Shown one piece after another: positions 18,595 to 27,482 of a stretch of DNA of 32,000 nucleotides. Each line of letters begins with the position of its first letter. The first letter of the stretch is position 1. Under the pieces are notes generated by a model. The model saw nothing but the letters and a program-made list of their open reading frames with translations. It was not told where the DNA came from and did not search any database. The DNA is from Opitutales bacterium (lineage in GTDB: Bacteria; Verrucomicrobiota; Verrucomicrobiia; Opitutales; PNEW01), in contig CBDCNV010000001.1 of the NCBI GenBank assembly GCA_965219535.1, positions 1,980,001 to 2,012,000 of the forward strand, written 5' to 3'. The position numbers and the translations under genes are program-made.

Positions 18595-19650
18595 TTAATG
18601 AGAACGGGTTGAGGATAAGGAACGGGCTATATTTTTTGCTAAAAAAGGGCCTTTATAGATCATTCCTGTGTATATTTGAATGAGTGAAGCGCCAGCAGTT
18701 AAAGTCTCTTCTGCGGTACGTATATCATTTATTCCACCAACTCCGACTATCGGCAATTTACCGTTCGTTGCGCGGCTAATATAACTAATGACTTCCAGCG
18801 ACCGTTTATGTATGGGTGTGCCGCTAAGGCCGCCCTCTTCTTTAATTCGATTCAAGGGACCCGCACGTTCGATTGAAGTATTGGTTGCAATAATACCATT
18901 AATCTCGAATTCACTGAGAATTTGCAGAACGGAATCTATTTGAGGAAAGGATAAATCAGGTGCGATTTTTACTAGCATAGGGATGGGGCGTAAATCTCGT
19001 TTTTTAGCACGGCTCAAATTGGCCTCACGCAAGGTACTTAAGAGCGTAGATAATAATTCAGATTCTTGTAATTTTCGGAGCCCCGGAGTATTGGGACTGC
19101 TGATGTTTATTGTAAAATAGTCAGCATAATCAGCGAGGAGGTGAAAAGATGTCAGGTAATCATCCGCCGCGTTTTCAAGCGGTGTTAATTTTGACTTACC
19201 GATATTAATTCCCAGTGGCACCAATCTTTTATAGCGGGAAGTGGCTTCTAATCGCCTGGCGATAATTTCAGCGCCGTCATTATTGAAACCTAATCGATTA
19301 ATGAGCGCTTCTTGTTCGGGAAAGCGAAAAATCCTGGGTCTGGGATTCCCCTCCTGTCTCTGATAGGTAACAGTACCAATCTCAACAAACCCGAAACCTA
19401 ATGCCCCCATGGCACGCCAAAATTGCGCATTTTTATCCATGCCGGCAGCTAGTCCCACCACGTTGGGAAATTTTAATCCGAATAATTCGACATTCTGATA
19501 GCTCGAGAGTTGATTATAGCGCGCCATCAAAGGGCAGAACAAAGGAGCATTACTGAACAATCGAAGCAGGGTGGTTACCATTTCATGAGCTGCTTCCGGT
19601 TCCTGAGTAAAAAGAACAGGCCGGATTAGCTTCTCATAGATTAATCCCAT
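18595..19650 (-). CDS. pyrD: Dihydroorotate dehydrogenase (quinone), class 2
   Basis: Contains GFGFVEIGTVT...QEGNPRPRIFR, NRLGFNN.G and INISSPNTPGLR, plus the N-terminal extension typical of membrane-associated class 2 PyrD. Confidence 0.9.
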   Translation of the reverse strand: MGLIYEKLIRPVLFTQEPEAAHEMVTTLLRLFSNAPLFCPLMARYNQLSSYQNVELFGLKFPNVVGLAAGMDKNAQFWRAMGALGFGFVEIGTVTYQRQEGNPRPRIFRFPEQEALINRLGFNNDGAEIIARRLEATSRYKRLVPLGINIGKSKLTPLENAADDYLTSFHLLADYADYFTINISSPNTPGLRKLQESELLSTLLSTLREANLSRAKKRDLRPIPMLVKIAPDLSFPQIDSVLQILSEFEINGIIATNTSIERAGPLNRIKEEGGLSGTPIHKRSLEVISYISRATNGKLPIVGVGGINDIRTAEETLTAGASLIQIYTGMIYKGPFLAKNIARSLSSTRSH

Positions 19651-19834
19651 TTAAGAAAATCTGAGTAATCCAAGCTGAAAGGGCAAGCAGGGATTGATTA
19701 CCAGCTTTGCACTCCGAAAATTTTGATTGTTTTTTTTCAAAATTTAATCTTTAAAAAATAAAATAAATGTCCATGGCTTATTCAGTTGTATTAATAATCG
19801 TCGCAGCATTAAGCGTTTAATATAATCTTCTCCT

Positions 19835-20569
19835 ATGGCAAAAACTAGCTCACAGTTAGAATGGTGTATTATCCGCCTCGGTGACGATATGAACTGGTGG
19901 GTCGTTGAAATCAGCAATGCGATCCATTGGGATATGGATGGCCTTTCGATTATTGATCCGAAACAGATAAATCACATCATTGATTTGTGCGAATCTCTAC
20001 GCGGTTATGGATTCGATCCGGATCTTATTAATTCTGCCTTTTTTAAATTCCGCATTGAAAAGGAACAAAAGAATGGTCATGTGCGCCTCACTCGCGTTCG
20101 CGATTCTCTATTGGAGAGTGAAGACCAACTTTTCGCTCTGCCCGAAATAATGGATGAAGAAAAAGGTCCATACGCTGACTTCTTCGACCAGATAACAAAA
20201 TCCCGCGTAAAATTATTAAACGTCCTTATTGAATTCGATGAAAGTTTAACCATAGACGAATTGGAAGAAGAGATCCGCGGTCGTCAGAACAACGATTATT
20301 TTGAAGGCCGTGCAGTCCATTTCTTTAACGAAATTACGGCTATCCTTGAATATGTTCCAGCCGGCTTTGAATTAGACGTTGGTGAAGATACAAGTACGAC
20401 CAAAAAGGAAACGCACGAGGAATTCCCCGATATTGATGTAGTCGAAGAAAAAATCGAGGAAGATGAAACGATGAAGTGGGATGAAGACGCGAGCGAGAAT
20501 CAGGACGAAATAGCGGATGAGGAACCCATCGTCGTAAAACCCCGTCGCGGTCGCCCACGAAAGAAGTGA
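19835..20569 (+). CDS. Hypothetical highly acidic protein with a C-terminal AT-hook-like motif
   Basis: 244 aa. The C-terminal third is Glu/Asp-rich and ends in KPRRGRPRKK (a GRP core flanked by Arg/Lys, as in an AT-hook). The N-terminal domain is not recognisable. Confidence 0.6.
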   Translation: MAKTSSQLEWCIIRLGDDMNWWVVEISNAIHWDMDGLSIIDPKQINHIIDLCESLRGYGFDPDLINSAFFKFRIEKEQKNGHVRLTRVRDSLLESEDQLFALPEIMDEEKGPYADFFDQITKSRVKLLNVLIEFDESLTIDELEEEIRGRQNNDYFEGRAVHFFNEITAILEYVPAGFELDVGEDTSTTKKETHEEFPDIDVVEEKIEEDETMKWDEDASENQDEIADEEPIVVKPRRGRPRKK

Positions 20570-20608
20570 TTATACTTTACGCCTAATCATTATTTTAATA
20601 AAAGATTA

Positions 20609-21202
20609 ATGATGAAGCACTTTGGCGCAGCTTTTTTTATCCGATTCTCTTTTGGGATCGCCTTCGGCTTAGGAGGTGTCGGATGCGAAACTACTGTTGA
20701 GACGGTGACTACCATCCCGCCTGCGAGTACTGCCAATTTACGGCCCGGCGACACGATTGTAATCAATCTACAAAGCATTCCCGATCCTGTACAAATCGAA
20801 ACTCAAATTGATGACCAGGGTGAAATAAGTCTCCGCTATATTGGCCGTTTAGCGGCTGCTGGCATTACAGTTTCAGAGTTGGCGATTAAGACTAAAAACG
20901 CCTATATCAACGAAAAAATTTATAACTCGATTGATGTTTCGATATCGGTGACTGAACGTTATGTTTACGTTGGGGGTGAAGTATCACGCCCGGGTCGTGT
21001 AGTTTGGTCACCCGACCTATCGCTCACTAAAGCCGTTCAATCCGCGGGCGGTTTCTCCATTTATGCGAAGAAAACCGGAGTGATCCTCAACCGGGAACAA
21101 AATTCATATATGGTTGATGCTAAAGGAGCAGAACGTAATCCTGCTAATGATCCCAGGCTTTACCCTGGTGATAGTATAAACGTACCGCGATCGGCTTACT
21201 AA
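20609..21202 (+). CDS. Polysaccharide export protein (Wza-like Poly_export + SLBB domain), short form
   Basis: N-terminal signal sequence followed by LRPGDTIVINL (Poly_export PGD motif). The C-terminal part has SLBB-like sequence (V.V.GEV.RPG) and a terminal PGDSINVP. Confidence 0.7.
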   Translation: MMKHFGAAFFIRFSFGIAFGLGGVGCETTVETVTTIPPASTANLRPGDTIVINLQSIPDPVQIETQIDDQGEISLRYIGRLAAAGITVSELAIKTKNAYINEKIYNSIDVSISVTERYVYVGGEVSRPGRVVWSPDLSLTKAVQSAGGFSIYAKKTGVILNREQNSYMVDAKGAERNPANDPRLYPGDSINVPRSAY

Positions 21203-21205
21203 GGA

Positions 21206-22234
21206 CTAAAGGACCCCGTTGCCACCTTTCAGATTTCTCGCAATTTCAGCGGCGAAGTAGGTGAAAATCATATCACTTCCCGCGCGTTTAATCGCGATCA
21301 ACGATTCGTCACGAGTTTTTTCAAAATCCAGCCATCCCAATTTAGCAGCTGCATGGATCTGTGCGTATTCACCAGACACTTGATAAGCAGCAATAGGTAA
21401 ATCTGTATTATCTCGCAATTCACGAATAATATCGAGATAGGGTCCTGCAGGTTTCACCATGAGGATATCTGCACCCTCCCCTTCATCGAGTAACGTTTCA
21501 ACTCTAGCTTCTCGACGATTCGCAGGATTTAACTGATAGGTCTGTTTCACCAATAGCTTTGTGCCTGCAGACTGTGCGCTACCGACGGCTTCGCGAAAAG
21601 GTCCATAATATGATGAAGCAAATTTTGCGGAATAAGCCAGAATACCTGTATTCTCAAATCCGGACTCATCGAGTGCGTCACGGATAACAGCTACTCGCCC
21701 GTCCATCATATCAGAAGGCGCGACAAAATCGACACCGGCCGCAGCATTAAGGATGGCCATTCGGGCAAGAATTCCAAGGGTTCGATCGTTATCGACGTCG
21801 GTTTTTTCTTTATTTAAAACACCATCATGTCCGTGGTTGGTATAAGGATCCAGTGCTATATCGGTGATCACCGCCAATTCCGGCACGGTATCCTTAACCG
21901 CTTTTACCGCGCGTAAAACGAGCGTGTTTTCATTTAATGCATCGGACCCTGAAGCATCCTTTAGGGAGGGATTCAAGACGGGAAAAAGAGCTATAGCCTG
22001 AATTCCCAAGCCGAATACTTCCTCACTCGCCTTTTGAAGATGTGAGATACCCAATCGCTGCTGCCCGGGCATAGACTCAATTTGTTCAGGTTCACCATCC
22101 CCATCGATGACAAAGAAAGGCATGATAAGATCACTTACATCAACCTGTGTTTCCTGCACTAAGGAGCGAATAGCTTGAGTTTTTCGTAAACGACGGGGTC
22201 TGCGCTCGAACTTGAATCTTTCCTCTTTTGTCAT
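21206..22234 (-). CDS. hemB: Porphobilinogen synthase (delta-aminolevulinate dehydratase)
   Basis: Contains RPRRLR, the Asp-rich non-zinc metal site DIALDPYTNHGHDG, the Schiff-base Lys context ILMVKPA and YQVSGEYA. Confidence 0.9.
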   Translation of the reverse strand: MTKEERFKFERRPRRLRKTQAIRSLVQETQVDVSDLIMPFFVIDGDGEPEQIESMPGQQRLGISHLQKASEEVFGLGIQAIALFPVLNPSLKDASGSDALNENTLVLRAVKAVKDTVPELAVITDIALDPYTNHGHDGVLNKEKTDVDNDRTLGILARMAILNAAAGVDFVAPSDMMDGRVAVIRDALDESGFENTGILAYSAKFASSYYGPFREAVGSAQSAGTKLLVKQTYQLNPANRREARVETLLDEGEGADILMVKPAGPYLDIIRELRDNTDLPIAAYQVSGEYAQIHAAAKLGWLDFEKTRDESLIAIKRAGSDMIFTYFAAEIARNLKGGNGVL

Positions 22235-22347
22235 AAACCGATTAAAGTAATTGTATAAGAAGCAGAAGCCAGAATATTTTATTGGACTCGATCATCCTAT
22301 CAGCTTTTCTTTATAACCCCTCAGAATTTAAGTAATTACTAATTATT

Positions 22348-23784
22348 ATGGAAATAAAGCTTTACGATACGATGAGCCGGAAGGTTAAAGCGATTGATCC
22401 GGAAGACGGGACGACCTTTCGGTTTTATTGTTGCGGACCGACTGTATATGGCCCCTCTCATATTGGTAATTTTCGAACTTTTCTCCTACAGGATAATCTG
22501 CGTCGTTTACTCGAAGTAGCTGGTCTGAAAACTTACCACATCCGTAATATAACTGATGTGGATGATAAGACGATCCGACAAAGTCAATCGGAGGGAAAAT
22601 CGCTAAAAGAAATAACCGAAAAATGGACAGTTTTATTTCATAGCGATTGCAGGGAGCTGAATATGCTCCCCCCACACAAGGAACCGCGAGCGTCTGATCA
22701 TATACCGCAGCAAATCGAGCTCGTTCGCACCCTGCTAGAGAAAGGTCACGCCTACCAGGCAAGCGATGGTTCAGTATACTTTAAAATAAGCACATTCCCC
22801 GACTATGGAAAACTAACTCATCTCGATCGTGTAGAGTTAAAAACTCAAACAGAGAGAAGCGGCGACACTCACAATTTGGCAGATGAATATGATCGAGAAA
22901 CAGTAGCAGACTTTTCACTTTGGAAAGCACGCAAGGCAGATGACGGGGACAATTACTGGGCAAGCCCCTGGGGAGAAGGACGTCCCGGCTGGCATATTGA
23001 ATGCTCGGCAATGAGCATGGAGTACTTGGGCGATAGCTTCGACTTACACGGCGGCGGTATCGATATATGCTTCCCGCATCACGAAAATGAAATTGCCCAA
23101 AGCGAAGCGGCGACGGGCAAAATACCCTTTTCCCAACACTGGTTTCACGGCGCTCACTTAATGGTTGAAGGAAGGAAAATGAGCAAAAGTCTCGGGAACC
23201 TATACACTTTGGAAGAGATTAAAAAAAGGGGTGGATCGCCGATGGCTCTACGCTACCTTCTCATTTCCGGTCATTACCGCCAACCCCTAAATTTTACATT
23301 CAACGGAATTGAAGCCGCTCAAAGTGCAGTTAATAAACTGGAAAAATCTATTAGTGAAATCTTAGAGAAAGCTAAAATGAATAAAGAAGATTTTATCCAG
23401 CTTCAGCAAACTGCTGAAGTTGGCGATTGGGGCCAATTTGATAAAGCATGGGAAGCGCTCATTAATGACCTTAATACTCCAACCTGCCTCGGTAATATTT
23501 TTAGCGCACTGAATAAAATTGATGCATCAAAATTAAAGGAAAATGAAACTTTACTCAATCTGAATGCTCTCGCACGACTCACTTACGCACTTGGCTTAGA
23601 GCTCTTTTACGGAGAAAATGGTGCCGTAGTCGCACCAGATGTCGTACGCAAACTCGCTGATGAACGCTGGGTGGCGAAACAGGACAAGGATTTCACCAAA
23701 GCTGATGAACTACGGGAACAAATTCAGGCTGAAGGTTGGCAGGTGCATGATAGAAAAGACACCTATGACCTTGAACCAGTCTGA
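22348..23784 (+). CDS. cysS: Cysteine--tRNA ligase
   Basis: Contains [17 protein letters not shown] (HIGH motif), WHIECS, the KMSKSLGN motif and a C-terminal anticodon-binding/DALR-like region. Confidence 0.95.
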   Translation: MEIKLYDTMSRKVKAIDPEDGTTFRFYCCGPTVYGPSHIGNFRTFLLQDNLRRLLEVAGLKTYHIRNITDVDDKTIRQSQSEGKSLKEITEKWTVLFHSDCRELNMLPPHKEPRASDHIPQQIELVRTLLEKGHAYQASDGSVYFKISTFPDYGKLTHLDRVELKTQTERSGDTHNLADEYDRETVADFSLWKARKADDGDNYWASPWGEGRPGWHIECSAMSMEYLGDSFDLHGGGIDICFPHHENEIAQSEAATGKIPFSQHWFHGAHLMVEGRKMSKSLGNLYTLEEIKKRGGSPMALRYLLISGHYRQPLNFTFNGIEAAQSAVNKLEKSISEILEKAKMNKEDFIQLQQTAEVGDWGQFDKAWEALINDLNTPTCLGNIFSALNKIDASKLKENETLLNLNALARLTYALGLELFYGENGAVVAPDVVRKLADERWVAKQDKDFTKADELREQIQAEGWQVHDRKDTYDLEPV

Positions 23785-23809
23785 GATAGTCTTGGGACTT
23801 ATTACCGGG

Positions 23810-23837
23810 TTGACTTTAGGATCGATGATCATACGCT
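23810..23837 (+). promoter_or_regulatory. Candidate sigma-70-type promoter for the thrS leader (TTGACT-N16-TACGCT)
   Basis: TTGACT lies at 23810..23815 and TACGCT at 23832..23837, separated by 16 nt. The -10 element keeps T1, A2 and T6. It sits about 12 nt upstream of the leader ORF ATG, which implies a very short 5' UTR. This is a pattern match only. Confidence 0.35.
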
Positions 23838-23848
23838 GAAAAAAAGAC

Positions 23849-23929
23849 ATGACTATTCTTGCTCGGATGACTACAACCACCACGACTACCCGAACTATCA
23901 GGGTAGAGACTTGGTTTTGCGAAGAGTAA
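23849..23929 (+). CDS. Thr-rich leader peptide (26 aa, MTILARMTTTTTTTRTIRVETWFCEE) upstream of thrS
   Basis: An ATG-initiated ORF with 10 Thr among 26 codons, including seven consecutive Thr codons (ACT ACA ACC ACC ACG ACT ACC, 23870..23890). It lies between cysS and thrS and is followed by alternative antiterminator and terminator helices. No clear SD sequence is present. The second in-frame ATG at 23867 is an alternative start. Confidence 0.7.
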   Translation: MTILARMTTTTTTTRTIRVETWFCEE

Positions 23930-23964
23930 AGAAACACAGTAACCTTCAATCGTCTAACCAAGTC
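23908..23964 (+). promoter_or_regulatory. Predicted antiterminator helix (segments 2:3) of the thrS attenuator
   Basis: GACTTGGTT (23908..23916, inside the 3' end of the leader ORF) is perfectly complementary over 9 bp to AACCAAGTC (23956..23964). The latter overlaps the 5' arm of the terminator by 5 nt, so the two helices are mutually exclusive. Confidence 0.6.
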
Positions 23965-23995
23965 CGAGCGCTATTAAGCCTTGGACTTTTTTATT
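23960..23995 (+). terminator. Rho-independent terminator (attenuator segments 3:4) immediately upstream of thrS
   Basis: AAGTCCGAG (23960..23968) pairs with CTTGGACTT (23980..23988) to give a 9-bp stem (8 Watson-Crick pairs plus 1 G-U) with an 11-nt loop. A T-tract follows (T6 at 23987..23992, then ATT). It ends about 20 nt before the thrS ATG. Confidence 0.65.
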
Positions 23996-24014
23996 AAATA
24001 GATAAGAAACAACC

Positions 24015-25841
24015 ATGAAGTCGATGACACCTCTAGAGGAAATGCGTCATTCCGCAGCTCATATTATGGCGGCGGCAGTAAAACGTATCTGGCCTGATGC
24101 CAAATTAGATATCGGTCCGCCAACGAGTAGCGGGTTCTATTATGATATGGACCTGGATCATAATTTCACCCCTGAAGACTTGGAAAATATCGAGACTGAA
24201 ATGAAGAAAATAATTAAAGAAAATCAGCGATTTGTACGCCTGGAAGTGAATCGCGAAGAGGCAGTCTCGTTTTTTAAAGAACAAAATCAACCCTATAAAT
24301 TGGAACGCCTTGATGACATCCCAGAAAATGAACCCATTACCTATTATCAGAACGGAGAATTCATAGACCTCTGCGCAGGTACGCACGTTAAATACACTAA
24401 GCAAGTCAAAGCCTTCAAATTACTTTCTATTGCCGGAGCCTATTATCGGGGTGACGAAAATAATAAGCAACTGCAGCGAATATATGGCACCGCATACCCA
24501 ACGAAAAAAGAACTTGATCAATACTTGGAACAATTGGAGGAGGCCAAGAAACGTGACCACCGCAAGCTGGGTAAAGATATGAATCTGTTTCATATCGATG
24601 AGAGTGTTGGTCAGGGCCTCGTCCTCTGGCAACCCAACGGGGCCATTGTCAGGCAGGAACTGCAAACATTTATTAGTGAAGAGCTTACAAAGCAAGGCTA
24701 CTATCAGGTATTTACACCTCATATAGGTAAACTTGGACTTTATCGCACTTCAGGTCATTTTCCTTATTATCAAGACAGTCAGTATCCACCGATAATCGAA
24801 AATGAGGTGATCCAGTTGATGGCGGAGGAAAACTGTTCCTGTGCCCAACTCGCTAATCGTCTAAAAGAAGGGGAAGTCGAAGGTTATCTCCTCAAACCGA
24901 TGAATTGCCCCATGCATATAAAAATATTTGATGCGCAACCCCATTCATATCGTGATCTACCAGTTCGGCTCGCTGAATTCGGCACTGTTTATCGCTGGGA
25001 ACAATCCGGAGAACTAAATGGTATGGTGAGAGTCCGTGGTCTGACCCAGGACGATGGGCACATATTCTGTACCGACGATCAACTTGCCGATGAAATCAGC
25101 GCTAGTCTTGATGTCGTAAAGATAATCCTGCGCACACTCGGTATATTAGAATATCGTGTCCGTATCGGTTTGCGCGATCCTGATTCTTCAAAATATACCG
25201 GCGACTCGACACTTTGGGACAAAGCTGAAGATATTCTGCGCCAGGCAGCCCAGACCCTGAATGTTGATTTCGAAGAAGAGCGAGGAGAAGCCGCCTTTTA
25301 CGGGCCTAAAATTGATTTTGTGATCAAGGATGTGATTGGACGTGAATGGCAATTGGGAACAGTCCAAGTCGATTATAACCTTCCTGAACGCTTTGATCTT
25401 AATTATATTGGTTCCGATAATAAACCACACCGACCGGTAATGATCCATCGCGCTCCATTTGGATCAATGGAAAGATTTGTCGGCCTGCTAATCGAACATT
25501 TTGGAGGAAATTTTCCCACATGGCTTGCTCCTGAACAGGTACGCATACTCCCGATCAATGACGATCTCAACAGCTACGCTGATAAAATATGTGCTCTCTT
25601 AAAAGAGGGAAATGTGCGCGCTACAGTGGATAACATTTCCGACAAACTGGGTGCCAAAATCCGACGTTCAGAGATCGACAAGATCCCCTATGCCCTGGTC
25701 GTGGGCGCGAAAGAAGAGGAATCAAAAAATGTGACCGTAAGATCGAGGGTTAACAAAAGCCATGAGGGCATCTACAGCCTGGAAGACTTCGTTAATCTTA
25801 TTAAAAATGATATTGCCGATAAAGCATTACCCAATCAATAA
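24015..25841 (+). CDS. thrS: Threonine--tRNA ligase (lacks the N-terminal TGS domain; editing domain present)
   Basis: Editing-domain motifs RHSAAHIMAAAV and DLCAGTHV are present, together with class II core motifs and the C-terminal anticodon-binding domain. An in-frame TAA at 24003..24005 prevents any N-terminal extension. Confidence 0.95.
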   Translation: MKSMTPLEEMRHSAAHIMAAAVKRIWPDAKLDIGPPTSSGFYYDMDLDHNFTPEDLENIETEMKKIIKENQRFVRLEVNREEAVSFFKEQNQPYKLERLDDIPENEPITYYQNGEFIDLCAGTHVKYTKQVKAFKLLSIAGAYYRGDENNKQLQRIYGTAYPTKKELDQYLEQLEEAKKRDHRKLGKDMNLFHIDESVGQGLVLWQPNGAIVRQELQTFISEELTKQGYYQVFTPHIGKLGLYRTSGHFPYYQDSQYPPIIENEVIQLMAEENCSCAQLANRLKEGEVEGYLLKPMNCPMHIKIFDAQPHSYRDLPVRLAEFGTVYRWEQSGELNGMVRVRGLTQDDGHIFCTDDQLADEISASLDVVKIILRTLGILEYRVRIGLRDPDSSKYTGDSTLWDKAEDILRQAAQTLNVDFEEERGEAAFYGPKIDFVIKDVIGREWQLGTVQVDYNLPERFDLNYIGSDNKPHRPVMIHRAPFGSMERFVGLLIEHFGGNFPTWLAPEQVRILPINDDLNSYADKICALLKEGNVRATVDNISDKLGAKIRRSEIDKIPYALVVGAKEEESKNVTVRSRVNKSHEGIYSLEDFVNLIKNDIADKALPNQ

Positions 25842-25860
25842 GTGATCTGAGAGCGGCCGA

Positions 25861-26454
25861 TTAATTTAGGGTGGTAGAATTGTTTAGCGGGGATTTTCCG
25901 ATGATGAAAATTCCGGGACTAATTCTTGAATGACCACGAAATTCGCAATGCATATATTTTATTTCATTATTATATACCCAGGAATTGACGCTCGCGGCTT
26001 CATCTTCGCCCCCTGGATGGCCGGGATAATAAATAATACTGATAAATCCATCAATTGAGATTAATCGCCAGGCCATATCCAGTGCTAATAGGGTGGTTTC
26101 AGGTTTTGTGATAATTGATTTAACGGTACCTGGAAGATACCCTAAATTAAAATAAACAATTTTAATCTTTTTTCGATAAATCTCCGGTATGTGCCGGAAC
26201 ATCGTTTCATGTCCTGCATGAATAAGAGTGACACGATCAAACATACCTGCGCTCTCCAAATGAGCTTTCGTGTTTCTAATTGCCCGTTCCTGGATATCAA
26301 ATCCAAAAACATGACCTGCATTACCAACTCGTTCAGCTAGAAAAAGGGTGTCATATCCGTTACCAACGGTGGCATCTATTACTTTATCACCTTTATTTAT
26401 ATGTTTCTCAGCCGTTTCATGAGACAACGCCACTAAATCTTTATGAATACTCAT
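25861..26454 (-). CDS. mnmM: YtqB/MnmM-family SAM-dependent methyltransferase (putative tRNA mnm5s2U34 methyltransferase)
   Basis: VIDATVGNGYDTLFLAERVGNAGHVFGFDIQERAI and FNLGYLPG closely resemble Bacillus subtilis YtqB (MnmM) as I recall it. The gene is co-directional with, and 24 nt downstream of, dapF. Confidence 0.7.
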   Translation of the reverse strand: MSIHKDLVALSHETAEKHINKGDKVIDATVGNGYDTLFLAERVGNAGHVFGFDIQERAIRNTKAHLESAGMFDRVTLIHAGHETMFRHIPEIYRKKIKIVYFNLGYLPGTVKSIITKPETTLLALDMAWRLISIDGFISIIYYPGHPGGEDEAASVNSWVYNNEIKYMHCEFRGHSRISPGIFIIGKSPLNNSTTLN

Positions 26455-26478
26455 GCGTGGAATTCCAGTAACGCATGT

Positions 26479-27315
26479 TTAACCCAGTGCTTCTTCATCA
26501 AATAGCATTTCACCAACGCGTGTCGCTGGACCTGTCATTGTGATAGCAAAATTGTCACCTATATGGAGTATTATATCACCCCCAGGCATGTGCACAGTAA
26601 CATCGTTATCTATCATACCGAGTCGATGCGCGACCGCGGCAGCCGCACTGCTGCTGCTGCCGGAAGCTAAAGTATAACCTGCTCCACGTTCCCAAATTTC
26701 AATTTGTATATTCTCTCGATCTATGACTTTAAGCAGTTGAACATTTGTTCGATTGGGAAAGAGAGGATGGGTCTCAAGCAAGGGCCCCAAATGTCTAGCC
26801 ATTTTTTCCGATATTTCTGTAAGCGGTAAAACGCAGTGCGGATTTCCAATCGTTGCAGCGCAATACCTATATTTTTCTCCCTCTAATTCAATAGATTCGT
26901 CTATTACTTCCCGTGATGCACCGGTCACAGGTATATCTTCGCTCTTAAAACTAACATTCCCCATCTCCACGGTAATTAGATGACCGCCTTCATGGATCTG
27001 ACAGGTAACAACTCCCCCTATTGTTGATATCGTAAATGGCTCTTCTGATACTCGCTCACGATCCAGTAAATAACGCGAAAAGATCCGCAAGCCATTACCG
27101 CTTTTTTCCGCTTCACTCCCATCAGGATTAAAGATACGTAAACCAAAGTCAGCGGCATCACTTTTTTCTGGCCCATAAAGAATACCATCCGAGCCAAGGC
27201 CAAAATTACGATGACAAATGAGGCGAATACTTTCATTTGAAGGAACAGTTTTTGCATCTTCCGGATCCAGCACGAGATAATCATTACCTAGTGCATGATA
27301 TTTATAAAACCTCAT
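26479..27315 (-). CDS. dapF: Diaminopimelate epimerase
   Basis: N-terminus FYKYHALGNDYLVLD and two catalytic-Cys contexts (NPDGSEAEKSGNG region and IGNPHCVL). Size is 278 aa. Confidence 0.85.
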   Translation of the reverse strand: MRFYKYHALGNDYLVLDPEDAKTVPSNESIRLICHRNFGLGSDGILYGPEKSDAADFGLRIFNPDGSEAEKSGNGLRIFSRYLLDRERVSEEPFTISTIGGVVTCQIHEGGHLITVEMGNVSFKSEDIPVTGASREVIDESIELEGEKYRYCAATIGNPHCVLPLTEISEKMARHLGPLLETHPLFPNRTNVQLLKVIDRENIQIEIWERGAGYTLASGSSSSAAAAVAHRLGMIDNDVTVHMPGGDIILHIGDNFAITMTGPATRVGEMLFDEEALG

Positions 27316-27482
27316 AGCGGTTATTTATAATTCCAGGTTTAATGGTGTCTTCACTCTGCCTACTGCCACTAATCAATTTTAAATGCAATGGATGATTTAC
27401 ATCTTGTCTTACGACCTCAATTAAATACCGCAGCCCTTTACATCATGAGCTATGAGCATAGGGCATCACCCTATTGCCAGTT

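Noticed and set aside
23710-23961. 83-aa minus-strand ORF containing a poly-Val run (VVVVVVV)
   Set aside because: This is an antisense shadow of the plus-strand Thr-codon run and of the 3' end of cysS. It overlaps cysS and has no start context. The plus-strand leader-peptide interpretation explains the sequence better.
23785-24014. T-box riboswitch or E. coli-type thrS operator as the explanation for the structured thrS leader
   Set aside because: I could find no T-box conserved sequence (AGGGUGGNACCGCG-like) or specifier-loop architecture, and the region is too short for a T-box. No anticodon-arm mimic overlapping the thrS ribosome-binding site was evident. The Thr-codon ORF with alternative helices fits better.
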